From contig CM120648.1 in NCBI GenBank assembly GCA_051362555.1, forward strand, positions 14,070,587 to 14,134,586: a stretch of DNA of 64,000 nucleotides, in the 5' to 3' direction. This document shows positions 27,300 through 36,573 of this stretch, piece after piece. The position numbers and the translations under genes are program-made. This DNA is from Lingula anatina. Taxonomy: Eukaryota; Animalia; Brachiopoda. The notes beneath the pieces were generated by a model. The model was not told where the DNA came from. It saw only the letters and a program-made list of their open reading frames with translations, and did no database searches. The first letter of the stretch is position 1. Each line of letters starts with the position of its first letter.

Positions 27300-28414
27300 A
27301 CCGCTCAGCTGATCGTTAGCGGCGTCTTTCAAGTTCTTCAAGTTGAAGCGGGGAAGAAAGAAAGTATCTTTGAGTGACAGTCATAAAGCACAAGAGAGAG
27401 ACAAAAAGTGAGTGAAACGGGCTGCGGGTAGCCCTCGGGCTACCCGACGTAGTCGGGAAAAATTGTGAAGAATTTTCTTTTCGAAGATTAGTCTATTTTT
27501 TTTTTTTTTTTTTTTGTAGTATTTTGGCTGACAGTTATGTCAGCTACATGTATTGTTAGTTTTTAGCGAGTTTCTTAACGCAATCCTGTAACTGCATTCA
27601 CCGTGACGCGCTCCGGAGGACAAGTGGTGGCTGTCAGATCATGGGATCCCTTGGTTGCAGATGTTTAGGATCCTGGCCAAGGAAGCCGCTGCGGCATGGA
27701 CGATTTTGGGTGAAAGGCTGATCGGGTCCAAGACGTCATGTAGGAGGCGCCGTCGACAGCTCGGAGCTGAAGGGAAAATGCCAGCCCGAGTGCGCAGTGT
27801 TCCCCCGTGTATGATCGGGGCAGTGTTATGTTCTTATTTTGTTTTAGTTCGGTCCGCAAGGACGTGTCCCTTTGCATGCAGCTACCGGAAAGCGAAAAGA
27901 GACAGTAATGGTGAAGGACGTCCTAACCCTCGATCACGGTGCTCCCCTAGGAAACCTCCGCTCCCGCCGAGGCGAGACTGGGAACTTCCCATGGGACAGA
28001 CGGGTCCAGGGCGTAGATAATGCAGGAAATGCGCCACGGAAGATTAACCTTGCTCTTTCAGAGCTAACAGTCACAGGTTCCGGGTCCGCGGGGTTTACTG
28101 CCGCCAAGATGTTCACTGATTGAACTGAAGGCCTCAGCGTTCCCCTACGATCTCGCCGCCCGTGGGTGGAAAAAGTGCCAGGACTGAGTTGTTGTGTGCA
28201 TGAACCGTACCCGTGAGATTTTGCTGGTGGAGAGTGTCGCCGTGTCCACTTCAGAGTCGAGTCGTCGAACCAGGTTCACAGACCGAGGGTACAGTCTGTG
28301 AATCCCATTCAGGTTCCGTTCCCGCGGCTGCGGCCGTGTGATGCGTACCGAGCTCCTCTGCCATTGCGAATAACAGCCGGAATGCTGAGAAACTGAACAG
28401 ACGCCCACCATGAA

Positions 28415-28745
28415 GATATCGTCGCCATCCCCTAGATGACGCCGCCGCGTTCAATGGTCGTCGTTATGCCGTCCCCAGGCGTACGATATCGTCGCCATCC
28501 CCTAGATGACGCCGCCGCGTTCAATGGTCGTCGTTATGCCGTCCCCAGGCGTACGATATCGTCGCCATCCCCTAGATGACGCCGCCGCGTTCAATGGTCG
28601 TCGTTATGCCGTCCCCAGGCGTAAGATGTCGTCGCCATCCCCTAGATGACGCCGCCGCGTTCAACGGTCGTCGTTATGCCGTCCCCAGACGTAAGATATC
28701 GTCGCCATCCCCTAGATGACGCCGCCGCGCTCAACGGTCGTCGTT
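28415..28745 (+). repeat. 70-bp CpG-rich tandem array (~4.7 copies) inside the LTR; mirrored at 35899-36229
   Basis: Units start at 28415, 28485, 28555, 28625 and 28695 (gatatcgtcgccatcccctagatgacgccgccgcg...). Confidence 0.95.
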
Positions 28746-28746
28746 T

Positions 28747-28852
28747 CTACCATGAAAATAGAAGCTGATTTGCGCTACGCTACCATGAAGATAGAAGCTG
28801 ATTTGCGCTACGCTACCATGAAGAAAGATGCTGATTTGCGCTACGCTACCAT
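28747..28852 (+). repeat. 33-bp tandem array (3+ copies) inside the LTR; mirrored at 36231-36336
   Basis: ctaccatgaa(a/g)a(t/a)aga(a/t)gctgatttgcgctacg x3. Confidence 0.95.
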
Positions 28853-29090
28853 ACCATGAAAAACGTTGCTCGATTTTATTACAAACTCTATGGCTTTAGG
28901 CCTTGTATATATCTCTTGAAATATCTCTTTTATTGAAAGCAAATTGGTGTATAATAATAATATTTGAACTGTAACCATATGCCTTTGTCGTTAATTTCGA
29001 AGGACCGGGATATACTTTCCCTGTTTCAACATCATATTCCCACGTCGCGTCCGGGGTCGTGCGCCGACGCGGCGACCTCGCGCGTTACAT

Positions 29091-29108
29091 TGGTGGCAGC
29101 GATGGGAT
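29091..29108 (+). other. Primer binding site, tRNA-Leu (AAG/TAG type)
   Basis: TGGTGGCAGCGATGGGAT, 1 nt after the LTR; complementary, with one mismatch, to the metazoan tRNA-Leu 3' end ATCCCACCGCTGCCACCA (recalled from memory). Confidence 0.85.
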
Positions 29109-29201
29109 TGTCCTTCGAAATGTGCTATGGTTACTTGGTCATGAATGGATGATAATTATTATCATTATTTTTTTTAATATCTCTTGTCAGAAGAAGTCAG
29201 A

Positions 29202-30206
29202 ATGGAAAATGATAAGGTAGACAACTTTGACCAGTCAAGTGAGAGTGAGGTCATCCTGAATCTACGAGACCACGAGGGTCGCCACGCAGAGATAGACGGT
29301 GAGAGTGATACTTTGTTAGCGGGTCCATCACCTAGAAAGAGACTGGTGAGTTCTCCATTCCCACCTAGAGACGTATTTCCAGGCAGCACAGGAGTCCAGA
29401 AAGGAAGGCCAAGCGTAATTCCCGACCGCTACGATGGAAGCAGTCCGTGGTCCGATTACCTGGCGCACTTTGAGGGCTGTGCGATCATCAATGGTTGGAG
29501 CAGTTATGAGAAGTCAGCATTTCTCGCTGTCAGTTTGAAGGGAGAAGCTCAAGCCATTCTAAGTGATGCCCAAGCCGGAGGGAAAAGACTGTCCTACAAA
29601 GATTTGGTAGACTTATTACAGAGAAGGTTTGGTCCGGGAGAGGGAGCAGAAATCTTTGTGGCAGAGCTGCGTCATCGTCGAAGAAAACCAAATGAGAGCC
29701 TGCGAGAATTGGGACAAGCTATCCGAAGACTCACTGCCCTAGCCTATCCAGAGTTGAATGTGATGTCACAGGATCGCCTGGCCCGGGTACATTTCCAGGA
29801 AGCCGTGGTGAGCAAAGAATTGAAATCATGTATTTTTCAGGCTCATTGTAAGACTCTGGAAGATGCAGTGACGGTGGCAGCAGGCATGGAGTCATTTCTG
29901 GATGCAGAAAGACTGAGCGAGGCTGGTAAACGGCAACTGCGGGTAGTACAGAAGACTGAAGAAGACGAGACCCAGGTGAAAAGACTGGAGGATGAAGTCC
30001 ATGCTTTAAGAAGAGAGCTTGCCGACCTCAGAAGATCCAAGCCTGTCTCATTCTTCGGTAAGCAGCCATTCAGGAGGGCAAAGGGAGTAATCTGCTACAA
30101 CTGTCAACAGGAAGGTCATTTTGCCAGAGAATGCCCTCAACCAGCCAATGAGGGAAACGGCCAGTGGTCCACCCGAGGGACCGGGAGAAGACCCAATACT
30201 CACTGA
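29202..30206 (+). CDS. gag: Gag (capsid domain plus CCHC zinc knuckle), ~334 aa
   Basis: ATG at 29202 in agaATGg context; PDRYDGSSPWSDYLAHFE capsid-type motif; CYNCQQEGHFAREC knuckle. Confidence 0.93.
   Translation: MENDKVDNFDQSSESEVILNLRDHEGRHAEIDGESDTLLAGPSPRKRLVSSPFPPRDVFPGSTGVQKGRPSVIPDRYDGSSPWSDYLAHFEGCAIINGWSSYEKSAFLAVSLKGEAQAILSDAQAGGKRLSYKDLVDLLQRRFGPGEGAEIFVAELRHRRRKPNESLRELGQAIRRLTALAYPELNVMSQDRLARVHFQEAVVSKELKSCIFQAHCKTLEDAVTVAAGMESFLDAERLSEAGKRQLRVVQKTEEDETQVKRLEDEVHALRRELADLRRSKPVSFFGKQPFRRAKGVICYNCQQEGHFARECPQPANEGNGQWSTRGTGRRPNTH
30152..30158 (+). other. -1 ribosomal frameshift slippery site G GGA AAC
   Basis: X XXY YYZ heptamer in the gag frame; the pol (-1) frame opens immediately after TGA at 30149-30151; a ggtcc/ggacc stem starts ~8 nt downstream. 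Confidence 0.8.
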
Positions 30207-33200
30207 AGGTCCCAGTCAAAGAAGGACGAACAAATGTACATAATGTTTCGAATGGGTTATTTATTGTTGGTAAAGTTGAAAATGTTGATGTTTTATTTTT
30301 AGTTGACACAGGGTCTTCAGATACCTTTTTAAGCGTTGAGTGTTACAGAAAAATTGCCGTTGACAAGAAAACAGAACTCCGTCAAATGACAGAACAAGTA
30401 CGGCAAGCCGATGGCAAGCCGCTACCCGTATTGGGCCGAATGAAAGTATCCATTGACGTGCAGGATCAACCCACTGAGTTAGACGTTATTGTGGCGGACA
30501 TACAAAACCAAGGTATTTTGGGCCTAGATTTTCTGGTGTCAACAGCAAGCGTTCTAGACTTTCAAGGTTTCAATCTTCACTGTGAGGGACAAAAGCTGCC
30601 CTGCCTAGATCAAAATGCAGAGCCATTTTGTGCCCGCGTCCATATCAAACAGACCATCCGTATCCTGCCAGGTCATGAAATAGTGCTACCTGCGGTACGC
30701 GGACAGACAAGCGGTCTTGCAGAGACGACCCAGGGACTTATGGAACCCCTGGAAGAAGGTGGACTAGCATCACGAGGACTGATGGTGGCCAGACTTCTGG
30801 TTGATCTCACTGCAGAAGAGTTCCCAGTTCAGGTTTTCAATCCGGGGGAAGAAGCAGTGATTCTGTACAAGGGGACTACAGTGGGTACTCTTTCTACTGT
30901 GGAAGATAAGGACATCGCAGTGATCAAACGAGGGGGACTTAAGGTACACACTCTCCAAAAGACAAATGAGAAAATGGTCCTCCCTGAGTTTCTCCTTGAT
31001 TTGTTGGAAAGAAGCACGAGCTGTCTAGACCGACAACAGACAGAGGCCATTAAACAATTGCTTACAGAGTTCCAAGATGTCTTTGCAAAAGATGACTTCG
31101 ACCTTGGCTGCACGGGCATCGTACAACATTCTGTTAACACTGGAGATGCAACACCTATTCGTCAGGGATACCGAAGGTTGCCTAGATCACAGCAAGATGA
31201 AGCTGATAAACATGTGCAAGAGATGTTAGAAAGGGGCGTCATAGAGCCGTCTGCAAGTCCGTGGGCATCACCGATCGTGCTGGTGACCAAGAAAGATGGG
31301 TCTACACGATTTTGCGTTGACTACCGGAAACTGAACTCTGTCACCGTGAAAGATTCGTACCCTCTCCCGAGAATTGATGACACATTTGACGCACTGTCGG
31401 GGACAGAGTGGTTTTCTACATTTGATTTGGCTAGTGGCTACTGGCAGGTGGAATTGGATGAAGATGCCAAGAGGAAATCAGCGTTTGCTGTCCGAGGCGG
31501 GCTTTTTCAATGGAAGGTTATGCCGTTTGGGATGTGCAACGCGCCAGCCACCTTTGAACGACTCATGGAGCAAGTGATGAGTGGGCTCCACTGGAAAATT
31601 CTCCTCGTGTACTTGGACGACATCATAGTCTTTGGAAAAACGTTCGAAGAGGAGGTAGAAAGGGTCAAAGAGGTCTTCCGTCGTCTCCGAGAGGCCAAGA
31701 TGAAGTTGAAGCCAAAGAAATGCCACCTGTTTCAGCCAGAAGTGAAGTACCTCGGTCACGTTGTCTCCAAGCATGGGGTTAGAACAGACCCAGACAAGAT
31801 CGAGGTGATAAAGGAGTGGAAAACCCCCGGAACGGTAACGGAAGTTAGAAGTTTTCTGGGGTTAGCGTCCTATTACCGGAAGTTCATAAAAGGGTTTGCC
31901 AATATAGCCAGACCCCTACACCGTTTGACAGAGAAGGGAAATCTCTTCCTGTGGAATGAAGAGTGTGAAGACTCTTTTCAAGAACTGAAGCAACGACTTA
32001 TTTCTTCCCCCATTCTTGCTTATCCAAGCATTGAAGGTCGCTACATATTAGATACAGACGCCAGTAATTTTGGTATGGGTGCAGTGTTGTCTCAAGTCCA
32101 AGAGGGACAAGAAAAAGTTATAGCCTATGCTAGCAGGGCCTTCACAAAAGAAGAACGAAACTACTGTGTCACAAGAAAAGAATTTCTGGCAGCAATTCAT
32201 TTCATGAAGCATTTTCGCAGCTTCCTGTATGGACAAGATTTTACTTTGCGTACCGACCATGCAGCCCTGACTTGGCTCCTCAGAATGAAAGATGCCGAGG
32301 GACAGTTGGCCCGGTGGATACAAGTAGTAGAAGAGTACCAACCTAACCTAGAACATCGAGCTGGAAGGAGTCATGGCAATGCGGATGGGCTATCCCGTTA
32401 CCCTTGCCATCAGTGTGGACGAGAAGAAGAACCCGAACAACAGGGCCGTGTGATGAAGAGACGCTGGATTCGCCAGGATCAGATGCACCCTCAACCAGCT
32501 CACATAAGAAGTATCTCCATTGCCCCTTTGGTGAAATTAGAAGAGATGGCCGAGGCCCAGGGAGAGGATGCAGATATCCGACCAGTTCTAGTAGCCATGC
32601 GTAAAGGATCTGGACCATTAGAGTATGGCCAGGAACCATGGTCTCCAGCCATCCGCACCCTTGTAGCTAAATGGGACCAGTTGTCTTTAGAATCTGGAGT
32701 GTTATGCACAACAGAAGAATCAAACGATGGATCGGTGACAAGACCCCTAGTGATTGTCCCTAAGGTATATCGAAAGATGATCCTGGAGCATTTCCATTCG
32801 CATCCTACTGCCGGTCACATGGGTGCAGAGAGAACATTAGCCAGGATTCAGGAACGATACTGGTGGTATGGTGTAGCCAATGATGTAAGGTCCTGGTGCA
32901 AAAATTGCAGAACTTGCCAAAAGCAACAGACATATGGAAGAAAACCTAAGGCGCCATTACAACAGTTTTTCGTGGGAGCTCCTATGGAACGGATAGGAAT
33001 GGACATCTTGGGACCATTAAACCAGAGTAACCGAGGTAACCGAGTTATCTTGGTGGTATGTGATTATTTCACCAAGTGGGCAGAAGCATTTCCATTGCCA
33101 AATCAAGAGGCCAACACAATAGCCAAAGTCCTAGTGGAGGAGGTCTTTACAAGGTTTGGGACACCTGGCAGCATCCACTCTGATCAGGGTAGAAATTTTG

Positions 33201-33826
33201 AGTCTACAGTTATGCAAGAGGTCTGTGCCATGATGGGTATAAACAAGACCAGGACCGCTCCCTTTAACCCCAAGTCAGATGGCCTTGTGGAACGCTTCAA
33301 TCGGACCCTAATAAACGGCATAACTAAGTTTCTAGAACCCAGCAGGAACCAGAAGGACTGGGATGAGAAGATTCCGCTTTTCCTAATGGCATACAGAAGC
33401 TCTAGACATTCCAGCACTGGCGAAACGCCCAACATGATGATGCTGGGAAGAGAAGTAGACTTACCCGTCCACGCAATGATTGAAGAGCCACCCTCGGCAG
33501 ATCAAAACCAGACAGATTACGCATACAATCTTCGAGAAAATCTGACAGAAGTATGGAGGAGAGCGACGGAGAAACAACAGAAGAGTGCTGTAATTCAGAA
33601 ACGAAATTACGATTTAAGAGTCCACGGAGACGTGTTCAAGAAAGGCGACTTGGTGTGGTACTGCAATCTCACGAAGAAGAAAGGTGTCAGTCCAAAGCTT
33701 CAACCCAAGTGGCTAGGTCCCTATGAGGTCGTGGAGAGATTGTCCACCCAAATTTATCGAATACAGCTGAATTCCAGAAGTCCACCTAGAGTAGTACACT
33801 ACGATAATTTGAAAGCGTGTTACTAG
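30152..33826 (+). CDS. pol: Pol polyprotein: aspartic protease, reverse transcriptase, RNase H, integrase (expressed as a Gag-Pol fusion)
   Basis: FLVDTGS (PR); YPLPRIDD, MPFG, YLDD (RT); DTDAS, TDHAAL (RH); H-x6-H...CRTC, DILGP, SDQG, VERFNRTL and GPY (IN); no stops; no chromodomain. Confidence 0.97.
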   Translation, partial: GKRPVVHPRDREKTQYSLKVPVKEGRTNVHNVSNGLFIVGKVENVDVLFLVDTGSSDTFLSVECYRKIAVDKKTELRQMTEQVRQADGKPLPVLGRMKVSIDVQDQPTELDVIVADIQNQGILGLDFLVSTASVLDFQGFNLHCEGQKLPCLDQNAEPFCARVHIKQTIRILPGHEIVLPAVRGQTSGLAETTQGLMEPLEEGGLASRGLMVARLLVDLTAEEFPVQVFNPGEEAVILYKGTTVGTLSTVEDKDIAVIKRGGLKVHTLQKTNEKMVLPEFLLDLLERSTSCLDRQQTEAIKQLLTEFQDVFAKDDFDLGCTGIVQHSVNTGDATPIRQGYRRLPRSQQDEADKHVQEMLERGVIEPSASPWASPIVLVTKKDGSTRFCVDYRKLNSVTVKDSYPLPRIDDTFDALSGTEWFSTFDLASGYWQVELDEDAKRKSAFAVRGGLFQWKVMPFGMCNAPATFERLMEQVMSGLHWKILLVYLDDIIVFGKTFEEEVERVKEVFRRLREAKMKLKPKKCHLFQPEVKYLGHVVSKHGVRTDPDKIEVIKEWKTPGTVTEVRSFLGLASYYRKFIKGFANIARPLHRLTEKGNLFLWNEECEDSFQELKQRLISSPILAYPSIEGRYILDTDASNFGMGAVLSQVQEGQEKVIAYASRAFTKEERNYCVTRKEFLAAIHFMKHFRSFLYGQDFTLRTDHAALTWLLRMKDAEGQLARWIQVVEEYQPNLEHRAGRSHGNADGLSRYPCHQCGREEEPEQQGRVMKRRWIRQDQMHPQPAHIRSISIAPLVKLEEMAEAQGEDADIRPVLVAMRKGSGPLEYGQEPWSPAIRTLVAKWDQLSLESGVLCTTEESNDGSVTRPLVIVPKVYRKMILEHFHSHPTAGHMGAERTLARIQERYWWYGVANDVRSWCKNCRTCQKQQTYGRKPKAPLQQFFVGAPMERIGMDILGPLNQSNRGNRVILVVCDYFTKWAEAFPLPNQEANTIAKVLVEEVFTRFGTPGSIHSDQGRNFESTVMQEVCAMMGINKTRTAPFNPKSDGLVERFNRTLINGITKFLEPSRNQKDWDEKIPLFLMAYRSSRHSSTGETPNMMMLGREVDLPVHAMIEEPPSADQNQTDYAYNLRENLTEVWRRATEKQQKSAVIQKRNYDLRVHGDVFKKGDLVWYCNLTKKKGVSPKLQPKWLGPYEVVERLSTQIYRIQLNSRSPPRVVHYDNLKACY

Positions 33827-33874
33827 GTGGACGTACAATTAAAATGTAAATTCTATTTTTTTGTCACGTTTCAG

Positions 33875-34410
33875 TGCCCTTGCTGACCTGTCGTTTATGC
33901 CAAGCCTCTTTCACTCAAAGAGACAAGAAGAGGAAACATGAGCAAGAAATCCATGCATTCTGTAATCTGTGCCACAGGATACTGATAAACAAGGACTACC
34001 TGGAAAAACATCTGCAAAAGCGGCATCCTCTACCCACTGTACAAATTGCACACATCAATAGCCCCTTGGTAGTGAAGGTCAGCCTGGAAGAAGAGGCATC
34101 TTTGGAACAATCACCAGAGGAGTCAACACCTGCGCTAGACCCACCTGCAGTGAAGGAGGAAAAAGAAGGCGTGCAGTTGAAGCCAATACTACCCAAAGTT
34201 TACAGCAGACCAGCCCCTGGAGGGAAGAACATCAAATTCTCAGATCCCCCAGAGTCACCTCCCACAGAGTGGACAGATGAAGAAGAAGATGATGATGAAG
34301 ACGACGATCCAGATGATGAAGAGCCTCTGAGACCCAAGAGGTTGATAATTGTTAGAAGAATTAAGTACCCAGATGGGAGATCTGAACTCCGAAAGGAGTA
34401 TCACTATTGA
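33875..34410 (+). CDS. ORF3: 178-aa accessory protein with two C2H2 zinc fingers and a Pro/acidic region; probably translated from a spliced mRNA
   Basis: C-x2-C-x12-H-x4-H twice; acidic tract DEEEDDDEDDDPDDEE; no in-frame ATG; preceded by a polypyrimidine tract and cag (33851-33874). Confidence 0.8.
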
Positions 34411-34515
34411 GAATTTTGTATGAAATTCTGAATGTCATTAAATAATTGAACATTTTCTTTTTGGCTTCTGTTGTTCCTGTGAAGAAACTAATTTTGATTC
34501 GGGAGAATCAATTTT

Positions 34516-34531
34516 AAAAGGATGGGGGCAA
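34516..34531 (+). other. Polypurine tract
   Basis: aaaaggatgggggcaa abutting the 3' LTR. Confidence 0.85.
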
Positions 34532-36573
34532 TGTAACGAACGGGGCTCCAATAGCTCTACACCGATGCCGACAAAAATTTACCAGTCCAACTTTAGTTGC
34601 CGTTCTAGAGCCGTTTAAAGACGAAAAGATGCCAAATACCCCATGATTTTATACAAAGAAAGAAACGTTAGATTTGTACCGCTGTACGGGAAAGAATCAA
34701 CAATGACGTTCCAACCGTGTCGACGTGCCGTCAGAAAGTGTGACCGCGCGACCTGCGGTCATGACGTCACGGTCGCTATAAATAACCGCTCAGCTGATCG
34801 TTAGCGGCGTCTTTCAAGTTCTTCAAGTTGAAGCGGGGAAGAAAGAAAGTATCTTTGAGTGACAGTCATAAAGCACAAGAGAGAGACAAAAAGTGAGTGA
34901 AACGGGCTGCGGGTAGCCCTCGGGCTACCCGACGTAGTCGGGAAAAATTGTGAAGAATTTTCTTTTCGAAGATTAGTCTATTTTTTTTTTTTTTTTTTTG
35001 TAGTATTTTGGCTGACAGTTATGTCAGCTACATGTATTGTTAGTTTTTAGCGAGTTTCTTAACGCAATCCTGTAACTGCATTCACCGTGACGCGCTCCGG
35101 AGGACAAGTGGTGGCTGTCAGATCATGGGATCCCTTGGTTGCAGATGTTTAGGATCCTGGCCAAGGAAGCCGCTGCGGCATGGACGATTTTGGGTGAAAG
35201 GCTGATCGGGTCCAAGACGTCATGTAGGAGGCGCCGTCGACAGCTCGGAGCTGAAGGGAAAATGCCAGCCCGAGTGCGCAGTGTTCCCCCGTGTATGATC
35301 GGGGCAGTGTTATGTTCTTATTTTGTTTTAGTTCGGTCCGCAAGGACGTGTCCCTTTGCATGCAGCTACCGGAAAGCGAAAAGAGACAGTAATGGTGAAG
35401 GACGTCCTAACCCTCGATCACGGTGCTCCCCTAGGAAACCTCCGCTCCCGCCGAGGCGAGACTGGGAACTTCCCATGGGACAGACGGGTCCAGGGCGTAG
35501 ATAATGCAGGAAATGCGCCACGGAAGATTAACCTTGCTCTTTCAGAGCTAACAGTCACAGGTTCCGGGTCCGCGGGGTTTACTGCCGCCAAGATGTTCAC
35601 TGATTGAACTGAAGGCCTCAGCGTTCCCCTACGATCTCGCCGCCCGTGGGTGGAAAAAGTGCCAGGACTGAGTTGTTGTGTGCATGAACCGTACCCGTGA
35701 GATTTTGCTGGTGGAGAGTGTCGCCGTGTCCACTTCAGAGTCGAGTCGTCGAACCAGGTTCACAGACCGAGGGTACAGTCTGTGAATCCCATTCAGGTTC
35801 CGTTCCCGCGGCTGCGGCCGTGTGATGCGTACCGAGCTCCTCTGCCATTGCGAATAACAGCCGGAATGCTGAGAAACTGAACAGACGCCCACCATGAAGA
35901 TATCGTCGCCATCCCCTAGATGACGCCGCCGCGTTCAATGGTCGTCGTTATGCCGTCCCCAGGCGTACGATATCGTCGCCATCCCCTAGATGACGCCGCC
36001 GCGTTCAATGGTCGTCGTTATGCCGTCCCCAGGCGTACGATATCGTCGCCATCCCCTAGATGACGCCGCCGCGTTCAATGGTCGTCGTTATGCCGTCCCC
36101 AGGCGTAAGATGTCGTCGCCATCCCCTAGATGACGCCGCCGCGTTCAACGGTCGTCGTTATGCCGTCCCCAGACGTAAGATATCGTCGCCATCCCCTAGA
36201 TGACGCCGCCGCGCTCAACGGTCGTCGTTTCTACCATGAAAATAGAAGCTGATTTGCGCTACGCTACCATGAAGATAGAAGCTGATTTGCGCTACGCTAC
36301 CATGAAGAAAGATGCTGATTTGCGCTACGCTACCATACCATGAAAAACGTTGCTCGATTTTATTACAAACTCTATGGCTTTAGGCCTTGTATATATCTCT
36401 TGAAATATCTCTTTTATTGAAAGCAAATTGGTGTATAATAATAATATTTGAACTGTAACCATATGCCTTTGTCGTTAATTTCGAAGGACCGGGATATACT
36501 TTCCCTGTTTCAACATCATATTCCCACGTCGCGTCCGGGGTCGTGCGCCGACGCGGCGACCTCGCGCGTTACA
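34532..36573 (+). repeat. 3' LTR (2042 bp)
   Basis: Matches the 5' LTR; the only difference noticed is T19 versus T20 in the poly-T run. Confidence 0.97.

Larger units (their letters stand above)
27047..29089 (+). repeat. 5' LTR (2043 bp)
   Basis: Direct repeat of 34532-36573; TG...CA ends with a 7-bp inverted repeat. Confidence 0.97.
27047..36573 (+). mobile_element. Full-length Ty3/gypsy LTR retrotransposon with three ORFs
   Basis: Two ~2.04-kb LTRs (TGTAACG...CGTTACA), 4-bp TSD ATAT (27043-27046, 36574-36577), PBS, polypurine tract, intact gag and pol in PR-RT-RH-IN order. Confidence 0.98.

Noticed and set aside
27655-28454. LTR ORFs (and their copies at 35139-35938) as established genes
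   Set aside because: Short overlapping ORFs in GC-rich sequence with no recognisable domain; they are duplicated only because the LTR is
29174-34196. Antisense ORFs overlapping gag, pol and ORF3
   Set aside because: Short shadow frames of coding sequence with no motifs
33874-34410. ORF3 as Env
   Set aside because: No signal peptide, fusion peptide or transmembrane segment; too short
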